Assembly: GCA_002413045.1 (NCBI GenBank)
Contig: DHWF01000027.1
Location: 41,413 to 105,412, forward strand
Source of the DNA: Chloroflexi bacterium UBA5189
GTDB taxonomy: Bacteria > Chloroflexota > Limnocylindria > Limnocylindrales > CSP1-4
DNA: 64,000 nt
Direction: 5' to 3'
Part shown: piece by piece, positions 1 through 8,217 of the stretch
Layout of the letters: each line of letters opens with the position of its first letter
Position numbering within the stretch: the stretch's first letter is position 1
Notes under the pieces: generated by a model
Told to the model about the DNA's origin: nothing
Databases searched by the model: none
What the model saw: the letters and a program-made list of their open reading frames with translations, nothing else
Made by a program: the position numbers and the translations under genes

Positions 1-349
1 CACCCGGAACGGCCGTATTCAGCTCCTGCTGGAGCTCGGCGACCTCGGTGGTCGGGCCGTCGCCGATCTTGTGGGTTGGCCGCTCCGACGCGGCCCATGG
101 CGGCTTCTGGCCGGCGGGCTTGCCCTTCCGCTGGACATCCATCGTCCGCCGCACGAGCGTCGCGACCGCGGCGTTCCCGGCCGATCGCTGAAGACCGAGC
201 ATGGAGGCGAGCGACGGCTCGTGACCGGGGGTGCCACGTGGGTCGGAGATCACCTCGGCCGGTCGGGGACCCTCGCGCCGGTCGTGGCGAACGGAGTCGC
301 GGGCGATCGCCGGCGGGGAGACGGCGACGGCCTGCCGGTCGCCAGGCAT
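1..349 (-). CDS. partial CDS (first 116 codons, runs off the left edge): putative CIS-associated cargo/effector-like protein
   Basis: The minus-strand frame is open from ATG at 349 (4 nt after the ATPase stop) to position 1. It is absent from the ORF track because it is truncated. Hand translation: MPGDRQAVAVSPPAIARDSVRHDRREGPRPAEVISDPRGTPGHEPSLASMLGLQRSAGNAAVATLVRRTMDVQRKGKPAGQKPPWAASERPTHKIGDGPTTEVAELQQELNTAVPG. From memory, the LQRSAGNAAV motif is typical of N-termini of actinobacterial CIS-linked/DUF4157-type toxin-like proteins. The last residues resemble the start of a peptidoglycan-binding-like helix. GC3 is high. Confidence 0.5.
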   Translation of the reverse strand, partial: MPGDRQAVAVSPPAIARDSVRHDRREGPRPAEVISDPRGTPGHEPSLASMLGLQRSAGNAAVATLVRRTMDVQRKGKPAGQKPPWAASERPTHKIGDGPTTEVAELQQELNTAVPG

Positions 350-353
350 TGGG

Positions 354-2510
354 CTAGCCCGCGGCCCTGGTCATGGCCATGTATTGGCCGAACTCGGCCT
401 CGACGGTGAGCCGGCCGAGCTTCTGGTACTCGCGCTCCGTGGCCCGGATCAGGTCACTCATCGAGACCCCGCGGCCGGCGCCCGCGGCGAGGTACGCCGC
501 CGCGACGCAGATGTTCCGGATATCGCCGCCGGACAGCTTGAACTTGCGGGCCAGGAAGGCGAGGTCGATGTCGTCGCTCTTCGGGACGGCGGGCGGCAGG
601 TTGCGGTCCCACAGGAGGCGCCGGTGCTCTTCCTCAGGCAGCGCGAAGTCCACGATCGCGTCGAGCCGGCGGATGAAGGCCTCGTCGACGTTCGCCCGCA
701 GGTTGGTCGTCAGGATCGCCAGGCCCTCGAACGATTCCATCCGCTGGAGCAGGTAGGCGACCTCCACGTTCGCGTACCGGTCGCGCGCGTCCTTGACCTC
801 GCTGCGCTTGCCGAACAGGGCGTCAGCCTCGTCGAAGAGCAGGACGCCGTTGACCCGGTCGGCCTCGGTGAAGATCCGATCGAGGTTCTTCTCGGTCTCG
901 CCGATGTACTTGTCGACGACCGTCGACAGGTCGATGACGTACAGGTCGAACCCGAGGTCGCCGGCGAGGACCTCCGCCGACATCGTCTTGCCGGTGCCGG
1001 AGTCGCCCGCGAACAGGGCCGTGATCCCCAGGCGCCGGCTGTTGCCGCCGCCCATCCCCCACTCCCCGATCACCTTGTCGCGGTGGCGGGCACGGGCGGC
1101 CAGCTCGCGGATCTGGGCCTCGCTCTCGTCCGGCAGGACAAGGTCCGCCCAGCTCGCCGTCGGCTCGATCCGGCGGGCGAGGCGCTCGAGCCCGGCCGCG
1201 TTCTGAGCGCGGGCGCCGCTCGAGATGTCGGCCACGGTCATCGGGCGCGCGGCCGCGACCGTGGCCCGCCGCGCCGCCTGCGCCGCGCGGGCGATCTGGT
1301 CCGGCGCGAGCCGGAACGCAAGCGTGACGACCGCGGGGTCGATGTCGATGGGCCGGTCGCCGTTGAGCGAGCCGAGCCACAGCTCGTGGCGCTCGGCGAT
1401 GGTCGCGACGGGGGCCTCGAGGAGCAGTGCCGCCTCCCGCGCCCACGCGGGATCCCACGGCCGGTTGCCGATGAGGATCACCGGCGCCCGGCACTCGCCG
1501 AAGGCCCGCACCGCGGCGGCGCCGCGCTCGGCCATCGTCTCGATGGGACCGGCCACGATGCCCGCGCCGCGCAGCCCGGCCTCGCGCGAGGCAGCTGCGG
1601 CGATGTCGCGCGGGTTGTCGTTCACCCCCACGCGGGCGAGGTCGAGCTGGAGGATCGGCCGGCCCAGGCGCTCCAGCGCCGCCGCCGCGAGCGACCGCCC
1701 AGAGGCACCCGCTCGCTCGCGGACGTACATCAGCGGGATCCCGCTGTCGATCGCGCGGGCGAGCATGTCGACGTCGCCGATCGGCGCGGGTCGCGACTCG
1801 ATCAGGAGGTCCGCGATCGCCGCGTCCGGCTTGTCGTCGCCGAGGAGGTGCGCCGTGACCCGATCGGCAACGCGCAGGGAGCGCGTCAGGAACGGCCGGT
1901 CGCCATCCTCAACGAGCACGAGGCCGTTGGAGACGAGGGTGCCGTGCGGCCCGAGCCGGACGCGCTCGGCGCCACTCGCCACGCCGGAGCCGGTCCCTGC
2001 CAGCTCGAGGGCCAGGCCGGCGCTGGCGCGGCGGCGCGAGACGTCGTCGTGCAGGTAGCCGTACAGGCGCTCGAAGCGCGGGTCCAGGTCCGGGGCGAGT
2101 GCGATGAGTAGGAGCTCGACGTCGTCGGCTTCCAGCTGGAACGCCCGCGCGAGCCGGCGCAGGCGAATGTCCTGGCCGGCGGCCTCGGCGGCATCGGCCG
2201 CCCGGTCGAGCGCGGCGAGCGCATCGACCGCGGCAGCGGTCCACGGATCCTCGATGAGGGCCGCGCCGGGGTTCGTGAGCAGGCCATCGACCTGCGCGTC
2301 GGAGATGTACAGCCCGCGGAACCGGTCGCCGGGATCGGGGTCGTCCGCTCGCCGCCGATCCACGGCGCTCCTGACCCGTGCCTCCACGATGGCGACGCGA
2401 CCCAGGAGATACGTCAGCGAGGCATCAACCTCGCGGCGGAGCTCGGCCTCCGGTGGGAGCGCTCCGTGGCCGTTCGCGGCCGCGGGATCCGCCGCCGGCG
2501 CGCGGGTCAT
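354..2510 (-). CDS. CIS-type AAA+ ATPase (Afp15/Pvc15-like)
   Basis: 718 aa. The C-terminal AAA+ module has Walker A GDSGTGKT, Walker B LLFDEAD and a KYIGETEKNL motif. A long non-ATPase N-terminal region precedes it. The gene overlaps the DUF4255 gene stop by 4 nt, the usual pairing in contractile injection system loci. Confidence 0.9.
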   Translation of the reverse strand: MTRAPAADPAAANGHGALPPEAELRREVDASLTYLLGRVAIVEARVRSAVDRRRADDPDPGDRFRGLYISDAQVDGLLTNPGAALIEDPWTAAAVDALAALDRAADAAEAAGQDIRLRRLARAFQLEADDVELLLIALAPDLDPRFERLYGYLHDDVSRRRASAGLALELAGTGSGVASGAERVRLGPHGTLVSNGLVLVEDGDRPFLTRSLRVADRVTAHLLGDDKPDAAIADLLIESRPAPIGDVDMLARAIDSGIPLMYVRERAGASGRSLAAAALERLGRPILQLDLARVGVNDNPRDIAAAASREAGLRGAGIVAGPIETMAERGAAAVRAFGECRAPVILIGNRPWDPAWAREAALLLEAPVATIAERHELWLGSLNGDRPIDIDPAVVTLAFRLAPDQIARAAQAARRATVAAARPMTVADISSGARAQNAAGLERLARRIEPTASWADLVLPDESEAQIRELAARARHRDKVIGEWGMGGGNSRRLGITALFAGDSGTGKTMSAEVLAGDLGFDLYVIDLSTVVDKYIGETEKNLDRIFTEADRVNGVLLFDEADALFGKRSEVKDARDRYANVEVAYLLQRMESFEGLAILTTNLRANVDEAFIRRLDAIVDFALPEEEHRRLLWDRNLPPAVPKSDDIDLAFLARKFKLSGGDIRNICVAAAYLAAGAGRGVSMSDLIRATEREYQKLGRLTVEAEFGQYMAMTRAAG

Positions 2511-3241
2511 CTCGACCGCAGGCCGCGCACCCGGATCGCGATGCCCGGCGTTCGCTTCTTCGGGTCGCCGACGACGGCGCTCGTCGGCAGCAGCTCGTCC
2601 TGCTCGACGACCTTTTCGGTCGCGGCGACCATGCGCCGGCCGCGGCCCCGGACGACCTCGGTTGGGCCCGCGGTGGACGCGACGCCGAGGGTCGGCACCG
2701 TGAGGACTGGCGGCCCGAACGGCGCGTCGCGCTTGATCATGATCGGGGCGGTGACGACGACGTCCAGCGAGGGCTTCAGCTCGCCGCCCAGCGCCGACCA
2801 GACGTCGGCGAGCGAGCGGTCCTGCGATGGCGGCTGCCCGACGTCGATGTAGACCGGCAGGTCCGGCTCCGCGAGGGCGCCCTCGAGGTCCTCGGCCTTG
2901 ATCATCGGGTTGCGGATGAACGCGGACAGCAGCGCCGACAGGAGGCGATGCTCGTCCTCGGGGCGCTGGGTCCAGGCCGTGACGAGATACGACAGCTTGA
3001 ATCGGCGGGGTGGCAGCTGGCGGGCGGCAACCTTGCCATCGACCCCGCGCGCGTCCTCCCAGGCGGGCACCCGCCGCTGGAGGTCTTCGCGGATGTCGTA
3101 CAGGTAGAGGTCGACCGTGGGGCCGTTGCGGCGCGCGACCCAGTCCTTCGTGGGCGCGTCGAACTCCAGCTCGACCTGTGAGCCGTTCAGGGCATCCCGC
3201 TTCACGAGCTTCTCGAGGAGCTCGTCAACCTCATGGATCAT
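2507..3241 (-). CDS. DUF4255-type tail terminator/cap protein (Afp16/Pvc16-like)
   Basis: The ORF track gives 2507..3427. I trimmed it to ATG at 3241 (MIHEVDELLEKLVKRDAL...DLYLYDIRED), the typical N-terminus of this family. The upstream 62 codons are Arg/Gly-rich junk. Confidence 0.85.
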   Translation of the reverse strand: MIHEVDELLEKLVKRDALNGSQVELEFDAPTKDWVARRNGPTVDLYLYDIREDLQRRVPAWEDARGVDGKVAARQLPPRRFKLSYLVTAWTQRPEDEHRLLSALLSAFIRNPMIKAEDLEGALAEPDLPVYIDVGQPPSQDRSLADVWSALGGELKPSLDVVVTAPIMIKRDAPFGPPVLTVPTLGVASTAGPTEVVRGRGRRMVAATEKVVEQDELLPTSAVVGDPKKRTPGIAIRVRGLRSR

Positions 3242-3298
3242 CCGGAGGATCGTCGGGCCACGGCATCCGCCGGCAGAGCCGCGCGAGGGCATCGTTGC

Positions 3299-3337
3299 GG
3301 GCAACCCGCTCGCCCCTTCGGGCAACCCGTCTCGCCC
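3299..3337. promoter_or_regulatory. two near-identical 18-nt direct repeats with 21-nt phasing in the divergent CIS promoter region
   Basis: GGGCAACCCGCTCGCCCC lies at 3299-3316 and GGGCAACCCGTCTCGCCC at 3320-3337. Both sit in the 184-nt gap between the minus operon start (3241) and the sheath start (3426). The repeat is certain. Its operator function is inferred. Confidence 0.45.
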
Positions 3338-3425
3338 GACCGCGTGTCCACTCGGACCTTGTTGCCCCCTCGGCGCACCGCCACCGTCGGCATGACCGGA
3401 ATTCCCGCAACGAAGGGGCCAACGC

Positions 3426-4952
3426 ATGCCGCAGTACCTGTCGCCCGGCGTCTATGTCGAGGAAGTCGAGTCCGGCTCCAAGCCGATCGAGGGCGTGGGC
3501 ACGGCCGTCGCCGCCTTCGTCGGCCTCGCAGCCCGAGGCCCGGCCAACGCGCCGACGCTCGTCACCAACTGGAGCCAGTTCACTCAGACGTTCGGCGAGT
3601 TCGTCGAGAACTCGTACCTGGCGCACGCCGTCTACGGCTACTTCCTGAACGGTGGCGGCGCGTGCTACGTCGTGCGCGTCGGAGCGGACGGGGCGATGCC
3701 CGCGGCCCAGGCCGAGCTCGCCAGCGGCAAGGACAAGGGCACGCCCGCGTACCGCGCCACTTCGCTCGAGGCCGGGCCGGCCGGCAACGACATCACGATC
3801 GATATCCAGCCCTCCTCGGAGACGTCCGAGAGCACCTTCAAGCTCGTCGTCAACCAGGGCGGCAAGCCGGTCGAGGTCTTCGACAACGTCACCTCCGGCA
3901 AGGGCAAGAACAACGTCATCACCCAGGTGAAGGCGACGTCCAAGCTCATCCGGCTCGAGGAAGTCGGCACCGCCAGCGCGGTCGAGCGCGTCCCGGCCCA
4001 GGGCTCGATGAGCCTGTCCGGCGGCGGCAGCAGCGTCCCGGTCCGTGTGACCCCCGATGACTACGTCGGCAACTCGGCCGATCGGACCGGCTTCGCCGGG
4101 CTCGAGGCCGTCGACGAGGTCACGATGCTGAGCGTGCCCGACCTGATGGCCGTGTACCAGCAGGGCATCATCGACCTCGAGGGCGTCCAGGCCGTGCAGC
4201 TGGCGATGATCGCCCACGCCGAGCTGATGGGCGACCGCGTCGCCATCCTCGACGCGCCGCCATCGCTCAACGCGCAGCAGATCAAGGAGTGGCGGGTCGA
4301 CAAGGCCGGCTACGACTCCAAGTACGCGACGCTGTACTGGCCGTGGGTCAAGGTCTTCGATCCGCTCAGCGGCACGGCGATCTTCGTTCCCCCGAGCGGT
4401 CACGTTGCCGGCATCTGGGCCCGCAGCGACGACACGCGGGGCGTGCACAAGGCGCCGGCCAACGAGGTCATCCGCGGCGCGATCTCGCTCGAGCTCAACA
4501 TCACCAAGGGCGAGCACGATCAGCTCAACCCCAACGGCATCAACTGCATTCGCTCGTTCCCGGGTCGGGGCATCCGGGTATGGGGCGCGCGCACGATCTC
4601 GAGCGACCCGTCCTGGCGCTACCTCAACGTTCGCCGGCTCTTCAACTTCGTCGAGGAGTCGATCTTCGAGGGCACCCAGTGGGTCGTCTTCGAGCCGAAC
4701 GACCAGCGCCTGTGGGGCCGCGTCAAGCGGACCATCAACTCCTTCCTGCTCCGCGTCTGGCGCGACGGCGCGCTCTTCGGTGCGACGCCCGACCAGGCGT
4801 TCTTCGTCAAGTGCGACGAGGAGAACAACCCACCGGAGGTTCGCGACGCCGGCCAGCTCATCGTCGACATCGGGATCGCCCCGGTGAAGCCCGCTGAGTT
4901 CGTCGTCTTCCGGATCGCCCAGTTCTCGGGCGGCGCGGCGGTCTCCGAGTAG
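3426..4952 (+). CDS. contractile tail sheath protein
   Basis: 508 aa. It has the classic sheath N-terminus MPQYLSPGVYVEEVESGSKPIEGVGTAVAAFVGLA and the C-terminal INCIRSFPGRGIRVWGARTIS motif. RBS is GAAGGGG. Confidence 0.95.
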   Translation: MPQYLSPGVYVEEVESGSKPIEGVGTAVAAFVGLAARGPANAPTLVTNWSQFTQTFGEFVENSYLAHAVYGYFLNGGGACYVVRVGADGAMPAAQAELASGKDKGTPAYRATSLEAGPAGNDITIDIQPSSETSESTFKLVVNQGGKPVEVFDNVTSGKGKNNVITQVKATSKLIRLEEVGTASAVERVPAQGSMSLSGGGSSVPVRVTPDDYVGNSADRTGFAGLEAVDEVTMLSVPDLMAVYQQGIIDLEGVQAVQLAMIAHAELMGDRVAILDAPPSLNAQQIKEWRVDKAGYDSKYATLYWPWVKVFDPLSGTAIFVPPSGHVAGIWARSDDTRGVHKAPANEVIRGAISLELNITKGEHDQLNPNGINCIRSFPGRGIRVWGARTISSDPSWRYLNVRRLFNFVEESIFEGTQWVVFEPNDQRLWGRVKRTINSFLLRVWRDGALFGATPDQAFFVKCDEENNPPEVRDAGQLIVDIGIAPVKPAEFVVFRIAQFSGGAAVSE

Positions 4953-4999
4953 CCGTCACCGCCAGCCACTGACGCACAGCACGCGAAAGGGAGCACCAG

Positions 5000-5434
5000 A
5001 TGCCAACGACCGATCCCCTGCTACAAGGCAACGTCCTGCTCGACATCGATGGTGTCGGCGTCGTCGCCAACTTCACCTCGGTGTCGGGCGTCTCGAGCGA
5101 GATCGAGATCGTCGACAACCCGTACGTCAACGAGCAGGGCAAGATCACGATCGCCAAGCTGCCCGGCAAGCCCAAGACGCCGACGGTCACGCTCAAGCGC
5201 GGCCTCACCGGCGCCCACGAGATCTGGGACTGGCACACCACCGTCATGCAGGGCACGCCGGACCGCCGCAACGGCTCGGTCATCCTGATGAACACGATGG
5301 GCGAAGAAGTCCTTCGCTACAACTTCACCAACGCCATGGTCAGCAAGATCAGCCTGTCCGAGGGCGGCGCGACCGCCAGCGGCGTGCAGATCGAGGAAGC
5401 GACGCTCGCCTGCGAGACGCTGATCAAGGGCTAG
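5000..5434 (+). CDS. tail tube protein (T4 gp19 / Afp1-like)
   Basis: 144 aa with LLDIDGV...FTSVSGVSSEIEIV...VTLKRG, typical of CIS/phage tube proteins. It lies directly after the sheath gene and has RBS AAGGGAG. Confidence 0.9.
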   Translation: MPTTDPLLQGNVLLDIDGVGVVANFTSVSGVSSEIEIVDNPYVNEQGKITIAKLPGKPKTPTVTLKRGLTGAHEIWDWHTTVMQGTPDRRNGSVILMNTMGEEVLRYNFTNAMVSKISLSEGGATASGVQIEEATLACETLIKG

Positions 5435-5438
5435 GGCG

Positions 5439-5900
5439 GTGACATCCGTGATGGCACCCGAGCTCCACCGTGAGCTCGGGGGCCTTCCCTCAGCCATGGG
5501 CGGATCGCCGGGCCAGGCGCCCGGTGGCCTCCAGACCGAATACGCGTTCGTCCTGCCGCGGGGCTTCGTCGACGCAGCCGGCACCGTCCATCGCGACGGG
5601 GTCATGCGCCTGGCGACGGCTCGCGACGAGATCACGCCGCAGCGCGATCCGCGGGTCCGCGAGAACGAGTCGTACTTGACGGTGCTGCTGCTCTCGCGGG
5701 TCGTGACCAAGCTCGGCTCGCTGACGCAGGTCCATACCGGCGTCATCGAAGGCCTCTTTGCCTCGGACCTGGCGTTCCTGCAGGACCTCTACCGGCGGAT
5801 CAACCAGGAGGGCCACACGGCCGCCGCGGTGACCTGCCCGTCGTGCAGCCATGAGTTCACCGTCGACGTGGCGGGTGAGCAGCGCCTGGGGGAATCGTGA
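5439..5900 (+). CDS. conserved CIS protein, tail-assembly-chaperone-like (P2 gpE slot)
   Basis: 153 aa located between the tube gene and the long Ala/Pro/Ser-rich gene, as in the P2 order FI-FII-E-E'-T. The MRLATARDEI...LAFLQDLYRRIN pattern resembles tail chaperones. The C-terminus carries a CPSC motif. Function is by synteny and resemblance only. Confidence 0.5.
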   Translation: MTSVMAPELHRELGGLPSAMGGSPGQAPGGLQTEYAFVLPRGFVDAAGTVHRDGVMRLATARDEITPQRDPRVRENESYLTVLLLSRVVTKLGSLTQVHTGVIEGLFASDLAFLQDLYRRINQEGHTAAAVTCPSCSHEFTVDVAGEQRLGES

Positions 5901-6055
5901 CGTACGCGACCGACCGCCTCTTCGAAGAGGTCGCGTACGTGGCCTACCACTTCCACTGGCCGATGGACACGATCCTCGACCTCGAGCATCCGCTCCGGCA
6001 GCGGTTCGTCGAGGAGATCGGGAAGATCAACCGCCGGATCGCCGAGGAGGGCTGA
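5897..6055 (+). CDS. small conserved CIS-associated protein (52 aa, DUF6760-like by recollection)
   Basis: Not in the ORF track (below its size cutoff). GTG at 5897 overlaps the upstream TGA (GTGA). Hand translation: MTYATDRLFEEVAYVAYHFHWPMDTILDLEHPLRQRFVEEIGKINRRIAEEG. Codons are GC3-rich. The ORF ends 6 nt before the next gene. Confidence 0.6.
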   Translation: MTYATDRLFEEVAYVAYHFHWPMDTILDLEHPLRQRFVEEIGKINRRIAEEG

Positions 6056-6061
6056 GTCGCC

Positions 6062-8209
6062 GTGCGCCTGCCGTTCGGTCTCGGGCGCCGCTCGAGCTCC
6101 GGAGACGGGGCCGCGAGCGACGACTCGAGCGCGGGCTTCGACACCGGGTTCGCCGATACCGGGATCGCCGTGGCGGTCCCGGCGTCCAGCCGCGCCTGGG
6201 CGAGCCTGCCGCCGATCCAGCGCACATCGGGCGATATGCCGCTCGTGGCCGCGCCCGGCTCGTTCGCCGAGGCGCTCCCCGGGTCGCAGGGCCTGCCGCC
6301 GATCGTCCAGCCGCTCGGGCATGAGGTGAGCAACCTCGCGACCCCCGGGCTGGTCGTGGCGCGTACGCGGCCCGTGGAGGCGCCATCGACCGGGTCGATC
6401 CCGGCGCCCGTCCAGCGCCGCGCCACTCGTCCGGCGGAGCACGCGCCCGTGCACACCGCCGCGGCACCGGCCTACGCGGCGCCGGTGCCCGACGCTTCGA
6501 TGATCGTGACGCAGGCGCCGGTCCCATCCGCGTCCCCGGAAGCTCCGTCGACGGTGGTCACCTCGACTGCACCCGCCGCACCCGCCGCGCCCGCGCTCCC
6601 AGTGGCACCCCCGATTCGGAGCATGCCGACGGTCTCGCGCCAGGCGATCCACATCCCCGACCGGCCGCTGACGACCGCCGCGAGCGCCGCGCGTCCGGCT
6701 GCAGTGCAGCGAGCCGCCGCAGCGGCAGAGGCAGCGGCTGCGGGCGTTGCGCCACTGTCGATGCCGGTGTCGGGCGGCATGCGCCGCGTCCCGAGCGGGA
6801 CGTCGCCTTCGATGCCGGTCGTGAGCCGCCAGGCCGCGCCGACCCAGCCCGCACTGGCGACCCCGACGGCGCTCGCACCCGCGGCATCCACCACAACGGC
6901 GGCGGTGCCGGTTGCGCAACGCTCCCCAGCGAGCACGCCCACCGAGCCCTCCGCGTCCGGGCGAACGACACCATCGATGACCGAGCCACCGCGCCTGGGT
7001 CTCGGGGCGCCGCTCGCGGCCGTGCCAGCGTCGGCGCGGCCGGTCGGTGCGGCTCCGCCGCCGGGTCCCGTGGTCAGCCGATCCACGACCTCCGGTCCGA
7101 TGCCCGTTGCCGCCTCGAACCTGCTTCCGACAGGGCAGCGATCGACGAGCTCCGAAGCCCTCGCGAGCGCCGCCGCAGCGGCCGCATTGCCGATTGCGGG
7201 TCGCGGCGCCGGCCGTCGAGGCGGGATGGCAGGCACCGAGCCCGTGGCGGGAGCGGCGCCGGCGACTGCGGCCATCCAGCGGCTGGCCGCGCTCCCGCAC
7301 CTGCCGGTTGCGCGGCCGGCGGCATCGCATTCGGCCCCGGCAGCTGCCGGCGGCTCGGCCAGCACCTCAGCCGGCACGGCACCCGCAACCTCGAGCTCGG
7401 TGTCTGGCTCGCCCATCGCGACGCCATCGGCCGCATCAGTCCAGACATCGGTCGCCCCGGAGATCCGCCCGATCGCCGCCGACAACCCGATCCGGCCGTC
7501 CTTCGTGCTCCAGCGCTCGCCATCCGACGACGAATCCGATGACGACGCCGGCGGCGACGCGGCACTGCCGAGCCCGTGGTGGGCACCGGCATCGGAATCG
7601 CACGCGACCGCGGGATCGTTCTTCGGAGCGGGCTTCGACGGCGGCTCGGCCGCGGTCCAGCGGACCACCTCGAGCGACAGCGCGCGCGCGGCGAGCCCGG
7701 CGACGTTCGGCTCCCGCGCGACGGTCTTCGGCTCCCGCGCCACGGCTATGAGCTCGGCCTCCGGCGGAGTGCCAGCAGCCGCGACGCTCCAGCGCTCCAG
7801 CGGTCCAGCGACGCGGCCGCTGCCGCCCGCCCGCGGAGCGGTCCCGGATTTCGCGACCCGGTCGACGCAGGCATCGTCTGCCGCCCTCGCGACGGCATCG
7901 GCCACCGGCTCCCCGACTCCAATGACCGTTCCGGGCGTGACCTCGGGGCCCGTAGTCCAGATGAGCAGAGACGGTGTGCGGCCAGAGGCACCGGGCGCGT
8001 CCTTCGCCGCTGCCGCCCCGACCGTGCAGCGCGAGAACACGCGCGGGACGCAGCGCGGTGGGCCGGCCGGCACTTCGGGTGGACGGGGCCACTCCGAGCG
8101 CGAGCTTGAGGAGCTCGCGCAGGCGCTGTTCTCACGGATCCGCGGCCGGCTCCGAAACGAGCTCATCCATGACCGTGAGGCCAAGGGCCTCACGTTCGAC
8201 AACGTCTGA
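6062..8209 (+). CDS. Ala/Pro/Ser/Thr-rich low-complexity CIS protein with conserved C-terminal helix (tape-measure slot or lumen protein)
   Basis: 715 aa, tightly packed in the operon (6 nt after the previous stop, 8 nt before the next start). GC3 is high in this frame. It has eight [IVL]QR tripeptides plus AQR/GQR/TQR variants. The C-terminus ELEELAQALFSRIRGRLRNELIHDREAKGLTFDNV is the only clearly ordered-looking segment. It occupies the position of gpT in P2-like tail modules. Confidence 0.6.
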   Translation: MRLPFGLGRRSSSGDGAASDDSSAGFDTGFADTGIAVAVPASSRAWASLPPIQRTSGDMPLVAAPGSFAEALPGSQGLPPIVQPLGHEVSNLATPGLVVARTRPVEAPSTGSIPAPVQRRATRPAEHAPVHTAAAPAYAAPVPDASMIVTQAPVPSASPEAPSTVVTSTAPAAPAAPALPVAPPIRSMPTVSRQAIHIPDRPLTTAASAARPAAVQRAAAAAEAAAAGVAPLSMPVSGGMRRVPSGTSPSMPVVSRQAAPTQPALATPTALAPAASTTTAAVPVAQRSPASTPTEPSASGRTTPSMTEPPRLGLGAPLAAVPASARPVGAAPPPGPVVSRSTTSGPMPVAASNLLPTGQRSTSSEALASAAAAAALPIAGRGAGRRGGMAGTEPVAGAAPATAAIQRLAALPHLPVARPAASHSAPAAAGGSASTSAGTAPATSSSVSGSPIATPSAASVQTSVAPEIRPIAADNPIRPSFVLQRSPSDDESDDDAGGDAALPSPWWAPASESHATAGSFFGAGFDGGSAAVQRTTSSDSARAASPATFGSRATVFGSRATAMSSASGGVPAAATLQRSSGPATRPLPPARGAVPDFATRSTQASSAALATASATGSPTPMTVPGVTSGPVVQMSRDGVRPEAPGASFAAAAPTVQRENTRGTQRGGPAGTSGGRGHSERELEELAQALFSRIRGRLRNELIHDREAKGLTFDNV

Positions 8210-8217
8210 GGGCTGAC

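Noticed and set aside
231-2111. 626-aa plus-strand ORF (and 1225..2058, 373..756 and others) opposite the AAA+ ATPase gene
   Set aside because: The translations are Arg/Ala/Gly/Pro-rich with no motifs. They are typical antisense shadow ORFs of a high-GC gene. The minus-strand frame carries clear Walker A/B motifs and operon context.
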